Source: Candidatus Woesearchaeota archaeon
Lineage (GTDB): Archaea > Nanobdellota > Nanobdellia > Pacearchaeales > GW2011-AR1
NCBI GenBank assembly: GCA_964409555.1
Contig: CAYPDP010000002.1
Span: forward strand, 6,975 to 70,974
Direction: 5' to 3'
DNA length: 64,000 nt
In this document: one piece after another, positions 17,906-26,734 of the stretch
How the letters are laid out: every line of letters begins with the position of its first letter
How positions within the stretch are numbered: position 1 is the stretch's first letter
The notes under the pieces: generated by a model
The model's database searches: none
What the model saw: the letters and a program-made list of their open reading frames with translations, nothing else
Told to the model about the DNA's origin: nothing
Program-made: the position numbers and the translations under genes

Positions 17906-18352
17906 ATGAAAAAAAAATTCAGTATCTCGTGGAAATCGAGTAAACAACCAAGAAAACAAAGAAAATACGTAGCTAATGCTCCTTTGCATCTTAAAAGAAA
18001 ATTCATAAGTGTTAATTTATCAAAAGAATTAAGAAAAAATCATGAAAAAAGAAACGTTCTTTTAAGAAAAGGAGATAAAGTTAAAATTATGAGGGGAAAA
18101 TTCAAAAATAAACAAGGTAAAGTAGTAGAAATAAAAATAAAAACATTGAAAATATTTGTAGAAAATATTCAAACTAAAAAACAAGATAATTCAAAAGTTA
18201 ATGTTCCCTTAAGAGCATCTAATTTACAAATTGTTGAATTAAATTTAGATGATAAGAGAAGATTTAAAACAACAATTAAATCAAAAAATATAGAAGAAAA
18301 GAAAAAAGAAACTCCAAAAATTAAAAAAATAGAAAAAGAATCAAAAAAATAA
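17906..18352 (+). CDS. rpl24: 50S ribosomal protein L24 (uL24) with a K/E-rich C-terminal tail
   Basis: KOW segment LRKGDKVKIMRGKFKNKQGKVVEI. The tail is EEKKKETPKIKKIEKESKK. Confidence 0.93.
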   Translation: MKKKFSISWKSSKQPRKQRKYVANAPLHLKRKFISVNLSKELRKNHEKRNVLLRKGDKVKIMRGKFKNKQGKVVEIKIKTLKIFVENIQTKKQDNSKVNVPLRASNLQIVELNLDDKRRFKTTIKSKNIEEKKKETPKIKKIEKESKK

Positions 18353-18353
18353 A

Positions 18354-19001
18354 ATGCATTTAAAAAGACAAAAAATACCGAAAAATTGGCCAATACCAAG
18401 AAAAGGAACAAAATATGTAGTTAAACCTAATTTTAATCAGGAAAAAGGAATACCTATGTTAATTGTATTAAGAGATATCTTGAAAGTAGCTCAGAATAGA
18501 AAAGAAGTAAAAAAAGCTATACACTCAAAAAATATTTTATTGAATGGAAAAATTTTAAAAAATGAAAAAAATTCTGCATTACTTTTTGATACAATTACAA
18601 TAGTTCCTTCAAAAAAATATTATAAAATTAAACTTGGAAAAAATAAAAAATTCGTTGTTGATGAAATAAAAGAAAAAGAATCTCATGAAAAAATTTCTAA
18701 AATAATTAATAAAAAAACTTTAAAAGGTAAAAAAACACAGTTAAATCTAAGTGATGGAAGAAATTTCGTAACAGATTTAAAATGTAATGTCGATGATTCT
18801 GTTTTAATAAACCTAAAAAATAGAAAAATAGAAAAATGTTTTCCTTTAAAAGAAAAAGTTAAAGCTAGTATTTTTGGAGGAAAACATGCTGGAGAAGAGG
18901 GTGTAATAAATAAAATATTAACAGAAAGGAAAATGGCAGAAGTAACTGTTAATAAAAACATTGTAAATGTGTTAATTAAACAACTTATAGTAATAGAATA
19001 A
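18354..19001 (+). CDS. rps4e: 30S ribosomal protein S4e (eS4)
   Basis: MHLKRQKIPKNWPIPRKGTKYVVKP N-terminus. Confidence 0.93.
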   Translation: MHLKRQKIPKNWPIPRKGTKYVVKPNFNQEKGIPMLIVLRDILKVAQNRKEVKKAIHSKNILLNGKILKNEKNSALLFDTITIVPSKKYYKIKLGKNKKFVVDEIKEKESHEKISKIINKKTLKGKKTQLNLSDGRNFVTDLKCNVDDSVLINLKNRKIEKCFPLKEKVKASIFGGKHAGEEGVINKILTERKMAEVTVNKNIVNVLIKQLIVIE

Positions 19002-19002
19002 A

Positions 19003-19536
19003 ATGAAAAAACAAATAATTGAAACAAAAAAAGAAATTAAGAAAAATCCTATGAAACAAATTAAAGTGGAAAAGATAGTTTTGAGTATTGGAGCTAAAGC
19101 AGAAGAACTTGAAAAAGGATTCAAACTTCTTAAAATAATTAGTGGGAGAAAACCAGCTAAGATGAAATCAAAAAAGAGAATTCCTTCTTGGGGAGTAAGA
19201 CCTGGTTTAGAAATAGGGACGATGGTAACTATAAGGAAAAATTCTGAGGAAATGTTAAGAAAATTACTTATTACAATAGATAATAAATTGAAAAAAAGTC
19301 AAATAAGTGAGAATAATTTCTCATTTGGAATAAAAGAATATATTGAAATTCCGGATGTAGAATATCAAAGAGATATAGGGATTATGGGATTTGATGTTAC
19401 AGTTGTTTTTAAAAGATCAGGAAGAAGAGTAAAGTTAAAAAAAATGAAACGTGGAAAAGTTCCAAAAAGACAAAGAATTCCAAAAGAAGAAATAATTAAA
19501 TTTATGTCTGAAAATTTTCAGATAGAGTTTATCTAA
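19003..19536 (+). CDS. rpl5: 50S ribosomal protein L5 (uL5)
   Basis: NPMKQIKVEKIVLSIG and GFDVTVVF motifs. Confidence 0.93.
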   Translation: MKKQIIETKKEIKKNPMKQIKVEKIVLSIGAKAEELEKGFKLLKIISGRKPAKMKSKKRIPSWGVRPGLEIGTMVTIRKNSEEMLRKLLITIDNKLKKSQISENNFSFGIKEYIEIPDVEYQRDIGIMGFDVTVVFKRSGRRVKLKKMKRGKVPKRQRIPKEEIIKFMSENFQIEFI

Positions 19537-19537
19537 A

Positions 19538-19768
19538 ATGACAACAAGTGATTGGAGAAAAATATTAAAACAATTAGAAAATAAACCAGAAGTTATGCAG
19601 AAATTTTTAAAACATTGTAAACCCAAAGAAAGAAAAACTGGAATTTCAGTAAACAGATGTGAGAGATGTGGAAGATTTGGAGCCCATATAAAATCTTATG
19701 GATTAAATTTATGCCGACACTGCTTCAGAGAAATTGCTGAAGAGATAGGTTTTAAAAAATATAATTAA
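19538..19768 (+). CDS. rps14: 30S ribosomal protein S14 (uS14, zinc type) with an N-terminal extension of about 20 aa
   Basis: CERCGRFGAHIKSYGLNLCRHCFREIAEEIGFKKYN. Confidence 0.92.
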   Translation: MTTSDWRKILKQLENKPEVMQKFLKHCKPKERKTGISVNRCERCGRFGAHIKSYGLNLCRHCFREIAEEIGFKKYN

Positions 19769-19769
19769 A

Positions 19770-20033
19770 ATGGAACAAAATTATACAAAAGGAAATGGAA
19801 TAAAAGATATGACTTTCTTAGTTGGAGATATAGTTAGAAAAATATTTTACTCTCTTCCTTGGATAAGAAGTGAAGAAAAATTTAGGGAAGTATTGAAAAA
19901 TTATCAAATAGAAAAATATAAAATAGAAAAATTAAATCCCCTATTAGATACAAGATTATATGATGAAGTTATTGTTTTACAAACAAAAAAAATAGAGGAA
20001 AAAATGAAATTAAATTTGGAGATAAAAATATAA
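19770..20033 (+). CDS. unknown 87-aa protein inserted between rps14 and rps8
   Basis: The start lies 1 nt after the rps14 stop and the stop lies 1 nt before the rps8 ATG. It is not lysine/arginine-dominated like its neighbours and has no motif I recognise. Confidence 0.6.
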   Translation: MEQNYTKGNGIKDMTFLVGDIVRKIFYSLPWIRSEEKFREVLKNYQIEKYKIEKLNPLLDTRLYDEVIVLQTKKIEEKMKLNLEIKI

Positions 20034-20034
20034 A

Positions 20035-20415
20035 ATGTCACAAGATATAGTAGCTGATGCGTTGAATATGATAAAAAATGCTAAAAAAGCAAAAAAAGAA
20101 GTTATAAAGATAAATAGAATTTCAAATCTTCTTATAGAAATCCTTAAAATAATGAAACAAAAAGGAGCTATAAAAAAATATAAAATTGATAGCAAAGAAA
20201 AAAATGTTGAAGTAACTATTGGAACTTTAATTGAATGTAGGGCAATAAAACCAAGATTTACGGTTAAAGAAGGCCAGATTGAAAAATATAGAAGAGGATA
20301 TCTTCCTGCAAGGAATTTGGGGACTGTAATTGTTTCTACAAATAAAGGATTAACTACACATGAAGAAGCTCAAGAAGAAAAAATAGGAGGATGTTTAATT
20401 GCATATTTTTATTAA
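20035..20415 (+). CDS. rps8: 30S ribosomal protein S8 (uS8)
   Basis: DIVADALNMIKNA N-terminus and GGCLIAYFY C-terminus. Confidence 0.95.
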   Translation: MSQDIVADALNMIKNAKKAKKEVIKINRISNLLIEILKIMKQKGAIKKYKIDSKEKNVEVTIGTLIECRAIKPRFTVKEGQIEKYRRGYLPARNLGTVIVSTNKGLTTHEEAQEEKIGGCLIAYFY

Positions 20416-20420
20416 TTAAA

Positions 20421-20963
20421 ATGAAAAGAGAAATATTTCATGAAATAGATATTCCTGAAGGAGTTGAAGTGAATATAGAGAAGAATACAATTTTTGTAAA
20501 AGGTTCTGAAGGGGAAAATAAAAGAAAATTTTATATTGGAAAATTAAAAATGGAAAAAAAAGATAATAAAATTAAAATTGGATATGAAAAATCTTCCAAG
20601 AATGAAAAAAGAAATATGAATACAATCATTTCACATATTAAAAATTTAATTAAAGGAGTTCAAGAAAAATTTGAATACAAATTAAAAATATGTTTCAGCC
20701 ATTTTCCAATAACTGTTGAAATTAAAAATAATGAAGCAATAATAAAAAACTTTTTAGGTGAAAAAATAGCAAGAAAATTTCAACTTCCAAAAGATGCAGA
20801 AGTTGAAATGAATAAAGATATCTTAACTGTAAAATCTATTGATAAAGAAATTGCAGGGCAAACTGCAGCAATTCTTGAAAGATCAACTAGAATTACTAAC
20901 AAAGATAGAAGAGTTTTTCAAGACGGAATTTTCATGATAAATAAAGCAGGAAAAGAAATTTAA
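20421..20963 (+). CDS. rpl6: 50S ribosomal protein L6 (uL6)
   Basis: ATG at 20421 (the track's upstream start overlaps rps8). IPEGVEVNIEKNTIFVKGSEG. Confidence 0.92.
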   Translation: MKREIFHEIDIPEGVEVNIEKNTIFVKGSEGENKRKFYIGKLKMEKKDNKIKIGYEKSSKNEKRNMNTIISHIKNLIKGVQEKFEYKLKICFSHFPITVEIKNNEAIIKNFLGEKIARKFQLPKDAEVEMNKDILTVKSIDKEIAGQTAAILERSTRITNKDRRVFQDGIFMINKAGKEI

Positions 20964-20964
20964 T

Positions 20965-21357
20965 ATGACAAAAACATTTTTAAGAAGAGATTGGAAAAGA
21001 TATTCAAAGTTAGGAAAAAATAGAAAGAAAAAACAAGTCTGGAGAAGACCAAAAGGAAGAGATAATAAAATGAGAGAAAGAAGAAAAGGATATCCAGCAG
21101 TAGTCAGTTTAGGATATAGAACACAAAAAGATTTAAGAGATAATATAAATGGAAAAGTATCAATTTTAATTAATAATATTAAAGACCTTAAAAAAGTTGG
21201 AAAAAATAATATAATTATTGTTGGAAGTGTTGGAAAAAAGAAAAAAATAGAAATTGCAAAAAAAATAAATGAAATGAAATTAGCTGTTTATAATATAAAT
21301 CCTAGAAAATTTTTAGAAAAATCAATAAAATTAAATAAAGAAAAAAGTAAAAAATGA
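20965..21357 (+). CDS. rpl32e: 50S ribosomal protein L32e (eL32)
   Basis: WKRYSKLGKNRKKKQVWRRPKGRDNKMR. Confidence 0.92.
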   Translation: MTKTFLRRDWKRYSKLGKNRKKKQVWRRPKGRDNKMRERRKGYPAVVSLGYRTQKDLRDNINGKVSILINNIKDLKKVGKNNIIIVGSVGKKKKIEIAKKINEMKLAVYNINPRKFLEKSIKLNKEKSKK

Positions 21358-21773
21358 ATTTAAGTAAGAAAAAAGAATTAGCTGCAAGAACTTTGAAAGT
21401 TGGAAAAGAGAGAATTATATTCATACCCTCTAGAAGTAAAGAAATTAAAGAAGCTATTACAAAACAAGATATTAGAGATTTAAAAATAGATGGTGCAATT
21501 CAAATAAAAGAAATAAATGGCAGGAAAAAAATATTAAGAAAAAAGAAAAAAAGAAGTCCTGGAAATATAAGAAAAAAAGTAAATAAGAGAAAACAAAATT
21601 ATGTTATTATGACAAGAAAATTAAGAGGTCATGTTAAGAGAGTAAAAGAACAAGAAAAAATATCAAAAGATGAAGTAAAAGATATAAGAAATAAAATAAG
21701 AAATAAAATTTTCAAAAGCAAAGCTCATTTAAAGGAATATATAAAATCAATTGGAGGTAAAAAGAAAAAATGA
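21354..21773 (+). CDS. rpl19e: 50S ribosomal protein L19e (eL19)
   Basis: KKELAARTLKVGKERIIF N-terminus and gene order. Confidence 0.92.
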   Translation: MNLSKKKELAARTLKVGKERIIFIPSRSKEIKEAITKQDIRDLKIDGAIQIKEINGRKKILRKKKKRSPGNIRKKVNKRKQNYVIMTRKLRGHVKRVKEQEKISKDEVKDIRNKIRNKIFKSKAHLKEYIKSIGGKKKK

Positions 21774-22264
21774 AAACACTTAAAAGAAGAAGAAAAGAAG
21801 CTAAGACAGATTATGCTAAAAGAATAAAACTTTTAAAAAGTAAAACTCCCAGGATTGTATTTAGAAAAACTAATAAATATGTTCTTGCACAATATGTAAC
21901 AAGCAAGGAAGCTCAAGATAAAGTTATTTTAAATGTAAATTCAAAAGAACTAATGAAATATAATTGGCCAGAAGAATTTAAGGGTAGTCTTAAATCAATT
22001 CCAGCATCATATTTAACAGGATTTTTAATAGGGAAAAAAATAATTAAAAATAAATTAGAAACACCCATAATTGATTTTGGAATGTTAAAAGTATTACATA
22101 AAACAAGAGTTTATGGATTTTTAAAAGGAATTATTGATGCTGAAATCAAGATAAAATATGATGAAAAAGTATTTCCTGAAGAGGAAAAAATAAAAGGAAA
22201 AAATATGAAAAAAGATTTTTCCAAAACATTTGAAACAATTAAATTAAAAATAAAATCTTTATAA
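21770..22264 (+). CDS. rpl18: 50S ribosomal protein L18 (uL18)
   Basis: RRRKEAKTDYAKRIKLLKSKTPRIVFRKTNKYVLAQ. Confidence 0.93.
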   Translation: MKTLKRRRKEAKTDYAKRIKLLKSKTPRIVFRKTNKYVLAQYVTSKEAQDKVILNVNSKELMKYNWPEEFKGSLKSIPASYLTGFLIGKKIIKNKLETPIIDFGMLKVLHKTRVYGFLKGIIDAEIKIKYDEKVFPEEEKIKGKNMKKDFSKTFETIKLKIKSL

Positions 22265-22265
22265 A

Positions 22266-23033
22266 ATGACAGAAGAAAATAAAAAAACAGAAAAAGTTGA
22301 AGAAAAAATAGAAGAAAATAAAAATATTAAAGAACAAAGAGAAAATAGAAGAGAATATTCCAGAGAAGAAAGAGAAAAAGTAGAAAGAAAAGAAGCAATT
22401 GCAAGATGGGATCCAAAGACTAAACTTGGAAGAGAAGTTAAAGATGGAAAAATTAAAGATATTGATGAAATTATTAAAAATAAAAGAAAAATTCTTGAAG
22501 AAGAAATTATTGATTCATTAATTGAAGTTAAAACTGATTTAATAAATATAGGACAATCAAAAGGAAAATTTGGTGGAGGAAAAAGAAGAATTTGGAGACA
22601 AACTCAAAGAAAAACAAAAGAGGGAAATGTTCCCACTTTTTCTACAATGGCTATAAGTGGAGATGAAAATGGCCATGTAGGTATTGGATCTGGAAGATCA
22701 AAAGAAACTCTACCTGCAAGAGATAAAGCAGTAAGAAAATCAAAACTTGATATAATTAGTATAAAAAGAGCTTGTGGAGGTTTTGATTGTGATTGTTCAG
22801 AACTTCATACAATCCCTTTCAAAATTACAGGGAAATGTGGAAGTGTAGAAGTAACCTTAATACCCGCACCCCAAGGAACTGGACTTGTTGTCGGAAGAGA
22901 ACTTAAAAAAATATTAAAACTTGTAGGAATAAAAGATGTTTATAGTAGAACAACTGGAAGAAAAAGAACAAATTTCAATTTGGCAAAAGCATGTATTAAA
23001 GCACTTGAAAAAACAAACATAAAAATAAAATGA
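22266..23033 (+). CDS. rps5: 30S ribosomal protein S5 (uS5) with a K/E-rich N-terminal extension
   Basis: The core contains MAISGDENGHVGIGSGRSKE. The N-terminus is MTEENKKTEKVEEKIEE. Confidence 0.94.
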   Translation: MTEENKKTEKVEEKIEENKNIKEQRENRREYSREEREKVERKEAIARWDPKTKLGREVKDGKIKDIDEIIKNKRKILEEEIIDSLIEVKTDLINIGQSKGKFGGGKRRIWRQTQRKTKEGNVPTFSTMAISGDENGHVGIGSGRSKETLPARDKAVRKSKLDIISIKRACGGFDCDCSELHTIPFKITGKCGSVEVTLIPAPQGTGLVVGRELKKILKLVGIKDVYSRTTGRKRTNFNLAKACIKALEKTNIKIK

Positions 23034-23500
23034 AATCTTTAAATAAAAAAAATGAATCTCAGGAAGAAAATAAAATTATAGCTGTAGTTAGAATTTCAGG
23101 ACAAGTTGGACTTAATAGAAATGTAATTGAAACTTTATATAGACTTAGAATCAGAAGGAAATATGCTTGTGTAGTTTTCGTTAAACCGAAAAAAGAAATA
23201 TTAGGAATGATGAAAAAATATAGAGACTTTATTGCATTTGGAAATATTTCTGAAAAAGTTTTTGAAGAATTAATTAAAGAAAGAGGTCAAAAAATAGATA
23301 AAACTAAAAAAATAGATGCAAAAAAAATAATTGAAGAATTAAAAAAAGGAAAAAAATATGAAGAGTTAAACTTAAAACCTTTTTTTAGACTTCATCCTCC
23401 TAGAAAAGGAATTGAAAGTAAAAAACATTTTGGAGTTGGAAAAGGAGTTTTAGGAGATAATAAACAAGAAATAAATAAATTAATTGAAAGAATGTTATAA
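23030..23500 (+). CDS. rpl30: 50S ribosomal protein L30 (uL30)
   Basis: IAVVRISGQVGLNRNVIETLYRLRIRRKYACV. Confidence 0.92.
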   Translation: MKSLNKKNESQEENKIIAVVRISGQVGLNRNVIETLYRLRIRRKYACVVFVKPKKEILGMMKKYRDFIAFGNISEKVFEELIKERGQKIDKTKKIDAKKIIEELKKGKKYEELNLKPFFRLHPPRKGIESKKHFGVGKGVLGDNKQEINKLIERML

Positions 23501-23501
23501 T

Positions 23502-24020
23502 ATGGCACTTAAAAAAACACATAAAACTAAGAAATCAAAAAAAATGAGAGGAAAAGGTATGGGAACTCATGGATGGGGAGCAAGAAAAAAACATAAAAAG
23601 TCAGGACATCGAGGAGGAAAAGGAATGTCAGGAAGTGGTAAAAGAGCAGACCAGAAAAAAACATTAATCAATAAATTATATGGTAATGATTATTTTGGTA
23701 AACAAGGTATAACTAGTAGAGGAACAAAAAGGGATATAAGAAAAAGAATTAATCTAAGAACAATTGAATTGAATATAGGGAGTTATCTTAAAAAAGGTAA
23801 TGCAAAAAAAACTACTAAAGGTACTGAAATTAATTTAAAAGCTTATAAAATATTAAGTAAAACTAAAAAATATATTTTAAAAGAAAAATTAATAATTATT
23901 GCAAAAGAAGCATCAAAATCAGCAATTGAAATTGTAAAAAAAGCAGGTGGAGAAATAATTCTTCCTATTAAAAAAGAGAAGAAAGTTGTTAAGAAAAAAG
24001 AAATAAAGAAAAAGAAATAA
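23502..24020 (+). CDS. rpl15: 50S ribosomal protein L15 (uL15)
   Basis: ATG at 23502 lies 1 nt after the rpl30 stop. MRGKGMGTHGWGARKKHKKSGHRGGKGMSGSGKR. Confidence 0.93.
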   Translation: MALKKTHKTKKSKKMRGKGMGTHGWGARKKHKKSGHRGGKGMSGSGKRADQKKTLINKLYGNDYFGKQGITSRGTKRDIRKRINLRTIELNIGSYLKKGNAKKTTKGTEINLKAYKILSKTKKYILKEKLIIIAKEASKSAIEIVKKAGGEIILPIKKEKKVVKKKEIKKKK

Positions 24021-24057
24021 AAATTATTTTGCTAATTTTAAATAACTTCCAAAAAGA

Positions 24058-24065
24058 TTTATAAT
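24058..24065 (+). promoter_or_regulatory. TATA-like box, leaderless spacing to ATG 24087
   Basis: TTTATAAT centred about 26 nt upstream of the ATG. Confidence 0.45.
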
Positions 24066-24086
24066 TCTATTTTAATTAATATTATC

Positions 24087-24755
24087 ATGAAATATATAAC
24101 TTCAAACCAAATGACTAAAGTAGATGATTTGGCTGTTAATAAATATGGAATAAAAATTGAACAGATGATGGAAAATGCTGGAAGAAATCTTGCAAATTTT
24201 GTTTCTAAACTTAATCCAAAAAGTGTTCTTATTATGTTTGGAAAAGGAAATAATGGTGGAGGAGGATTAGTTGCTGCAAGACATCTTTTAATTAAAGGAA
24301 TTAATGTTAAGATAATTTCTCCAAGTAAAAATTTAAATAAAATTGTTGAAAATCAATTAAAAATAATAAAAAAATTAAATGTAAAAGAAGTTAAAAAAAT
24401 TAATAATGAGGAAATAATAATTGATGCTTTATTAGGATACAATATTAAAGGAAATCCCAAAACAAAATTTGCTGAATTAATAAAAAAAGCAAATAAAGCA
24501 AAAGAAAAAGGGTCAAAAATTATCTCGTTAGATATTCCTTCAGGAATTAATCCAGACAATGGTGAAAAATATTCGCCTTATATTCAAGCAGATTATACTT
24601 TAACTCTTGCATTACCTAAAATAGGGTTAAAGAAAATTAAAAAAGTTTTTTTAGTAAATATTGGCATTCCAAATAAAATCTATTTAGATATTGGAATTAA
24701 AATTAAAAATTATTTTAAAAATAAGGATATAATTAAAATAAAAGAGGGTAATTAA
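24087..24755 (+). CDS. NAD(P)H-hydrate epimerase (YjeF N-terminal domain only)
   Basis: MTKVDDLAVNKYGI..MENAGRNLA, GKGNNGGGGLVAARHL and DALLGYNIKGNP motifs. Confidence 0.8.
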   Translation: MKYITSNQMTKVDDLAVNKYGIKIEQMMENAGRNLANFVSKLNPKSVLIMFGKGNNGGGGLVAARHLLIKGINVKIISPSKNLNKIVENQLKIIKKLNVKEVKKINNEEIIIDALLGYNIKGNPKTKFAELIKKANKAKEKGSKIISLDIPSGINPDNGEKYSPYIQADYTLTLALPKIGLKKIKKVFLVNIGIPNKIYLDIGIKIKNYFKNKDIIKIKEGN

Positions 24756-24766
24756 AACTAAAAACC

Positions 24767-24774
24767 TTTAAAAA
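24767..24774 (+). promoter_or_regulatory. TATA-like box, leaderless spacing to secY ATG 24796
   Basis: CCTTTAAAAATAA. The box centre is about 26 nt upstream of the ATG. Confidence 0.5.
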
Positions 24775-24795
24775 TAATCTTTCTAATAAAATAAT

Positions 24796-26241
24796 ATGAA
24801 TTTAAGAGATATATTCAAATTTATTCCAGAAGTAAGAAAACCCGAGGAGAAAAAAGTAGGATTTAATACTAAACTAAAGTGGACTTTGATTATTTTAGTT
24901 TCATTTTTTGTTTTAGCAAATATTTCACTTTTCGGACTTTCGAATAATTCTTTAGAAAGATTTGAATATTTAGCAATAATTCTTGGAACAGATTTTGGAA
25001 GTATTATTTCATTAGGTATTGGACCTATTGTAATGGCTTCAATTATATTGCAATTATTAAATGGTTCAGGTATATTAAATATTGATACAAGTGATGATGA
25101 GGGGAAAAAATTCTTTCAAGGAATTCAAAAACTTTTAGTTTTCTTTTTTATAATTTTTGAAGCATTAGTTTATGTTTTAATGCAAGGTCTTCAAGCACTT
25201 CCAGGATTTACAGGAATAGTCATTTTTCAACTGATACTTGGAGGGTTGGCAATATTTTATATGGATGAAGTTACAACCAAATGGGGATTTGGTTCAGGAA
25301 CTAGTTTATTTATTGGAGCAGGAGTTTCATGGAGATTATTTTCAAGTGCATTTCAATTCATCAATCAACAAGGTCAAAACTGCTTATTAGATTTTAAAGA
25401 AGTTCCTTGTTCAGGAAAAGTATTTGTTTTGGTACAGTCAATTATAAATAAATATCCTACTGAATTTTTTTCAGCTTTAGCAGCAATTATTGCTACAATC
25501 ATAATTTTCTTAATTGTTGTCTGGTCTCAAGCACTTAAAGTTGAAATTCCTTTAAGTTTTGGAAGAGTTAGAGGATATGGTGTTAAATGGCCTTTATCTT
25601 TCTTTTATGCTTCAGTTATTCCAGTTATATTAACTGCTGCCCTAATTGCAAACATACAACTTTTCGGAGGACTTATTGAAAATGCTGCTGCACCTTGTTT
25701 ACAAGAGAATTTAGCAGGAGCTTGTACTGGAATGGCAAAAATTGCTTCTAATCTAGGATTTTTAGGACATTTTTCAGGGGGCCAAGCTATTTCAGGATTA
25801 GTTTTTTGGATGGGTTCAACTAATTTATTAGAATTAATTATTAGAGGGGGCTTTTTACCAAAATATCTTCTTCAAGGTTTTACTCATCTTTTATTTTTCA
25901 TGTTTTTCTCAACAATATTCGCTATATTTTGGGTTAAAACTTCAGGAATGGATTCCAAAAGTCAAGCACAACAAATTACCTCGTCAGGATTACAAGTTGC
26001 AGGATTCAGACAAGATCAAAGAGTTATTGAAAGTATTTTAGACAGATATATAATGCCTTTAACAGTATTGGGTGGAATGGCGATAGGATTACTTGCAGCA
26101 CTCACAGATTTACTTGGGGCGTTAGTTTCTGGAACAGCAATTCTTCTTGTAATTATGATTATGTTTCAGTTTTACCAAAGCATTGCACAACAACATCAAA
26201 TGGATATGTCTCCTTCTATAAAGAAGTTCATGGGAGGATAA
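24796..26241 (+). CDS. secY: protein translocase subunit SecY
   Basis: 481 aa with 10 TM-like segments. LGIGPIVMASIILQLL plug/TM2 motif. Positioned after the rpl15 block. Confidence 0.93.
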   Translation: MNLRDIFKFIPEVRKPEEKKVGFNTKLKWTLIILVSFFVLANISLFGLSNNSLERFEYLAIILGTDFGSIISLGIGPIVMASIILQLLNGSGILNIDTSDDEGKKFFQGIQKLLVFFFIIFEALVYVLMQGLQALPGFTGIVIFQLILGGLAIFYMDEVTTKWGFGSGTSLFIGAGVSWRLFSSAFQFINQQGQNCLLDFKEVPCSGKVFVLVQSIINKYPTEFFSALAAIIATIIIFLIVVWSQALKVEIPLSFGRVRGYGVKWPLSFFYASVIPVILTAALIANIQLFGGLIENAAAPCLQENLAGACTGMAKIASNLGFLGHFSGGQAISGLVFWMGSTNLLELIIRGGFLPKYLLQGFTHLLFFMFFSTIFAIFWVKTSGMDSKSQAQQITSSGLQVAGFRQDQRVIESILDRYIMPLTVLGGMAIGLLAALTDLLGALVSGTAILLVIMIMFQFYQSIAQQHQMDMSPSIKKFMGG

Positions 26242-26249
26242 TTGTTAAG

Positions 26250-26257
26250 TTTAAAAA
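26250..26257 (+). promoter_or_regulatory. TATA-like box, leaderless spacing to ATG 26279
   Basis: GTTTAAAAACC. The box centre is about 26 nt upstream of the ATG. Confidence 0.5.
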
Positions 26258-26278
26258 CCAACTTATCTAAATAATAAA

Positions 26279-26677
26279 ATGATTATAAAAGAGCTGATTA
26301 CATACAATCCTAAAATAAGTATTATTGCTATATCTTTTTTGGTTACTTTAGTAATGACAATTGTTACAAAAAAGTTCACAAACCAAAATAGAATGAAGGA
26401 ACTTAAAGGTATACAAAAAGCATGTAGAATACAAATTAAAGATCATAAAGGAAATCCTGTAAAAATTCAAGAAGTTCAAAAAGAAATGATGAACTGCTCT
26501 ATGGAATTAATGAAACATTCTTTTAAACCAATGTTAATAACATTCATTCCATTATTATTATTCTTCTGGTGGATTAGAGGAATATACACTCCTATTTTAT
26601 CTGGTTGGCTTTGGTATTATATTGGAACAGGTGTAATCTCGAGCATAATTCTAAGAAAAGCCTTTAAAGTTGTATAA
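26279..26677 (+). CDS. DUF106 / EMC3-TMCO1-like membrane protein (archaeal YidC/Oxa1-like insertase candidate)
   Basis: A TM segment, then the basic coiled segment NQNRMKELKGIQK...QKEMMNCSMELMKHSFKPM, then two TM segments. It occupies the conserved position downstream of secY. Confidence 0.6.
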   Translation: MIIKELITYNPKISIIAISFLVTLVMTIVTKKFTNQNRMKELKGIQKACRIQIKDHKGNPVKIQEVQKEMMNCSMELMKHSFKPMLITFIPLLLFFWWIRGIYTPILSGWLWYYIGTGVISSIILRKAFKVV

Positions 26678-26705
26678 AAAATAAATAAATTCTTTATTAA
26701 AAAGG

Positions 26706-26713
26706 TTTAAAAA
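26706..26713 (+). promoter_or_regulatory. TATA-like box, leaderless spacing to ATG 26735
   Basis: GGTTTAAAAATT. The box centre is about 26 nt upstream of the ATG. Confidence 0.5.
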
Positions 26714-26734
26714 TTACTTAATTAATCTAATTTT

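Noticed and set aside
4353-20195. Many short ORFs in the track antisense to or overlapping ribosomal protein genes (4353..4592, 13503..13775, 14390..14704, 14720..14983, 15047..15277, 15262..15621, 15941..16186, 16630..16950, 17600..17830, 18169..18411, 18683..19027, 19435..19626, 20010..20195)
   Set aside because: They are mirror-frame artefacts of K/E-rich coding sequence, giving F/L/S-rich low-complexity products. The sense-strand genes are unambiguous.
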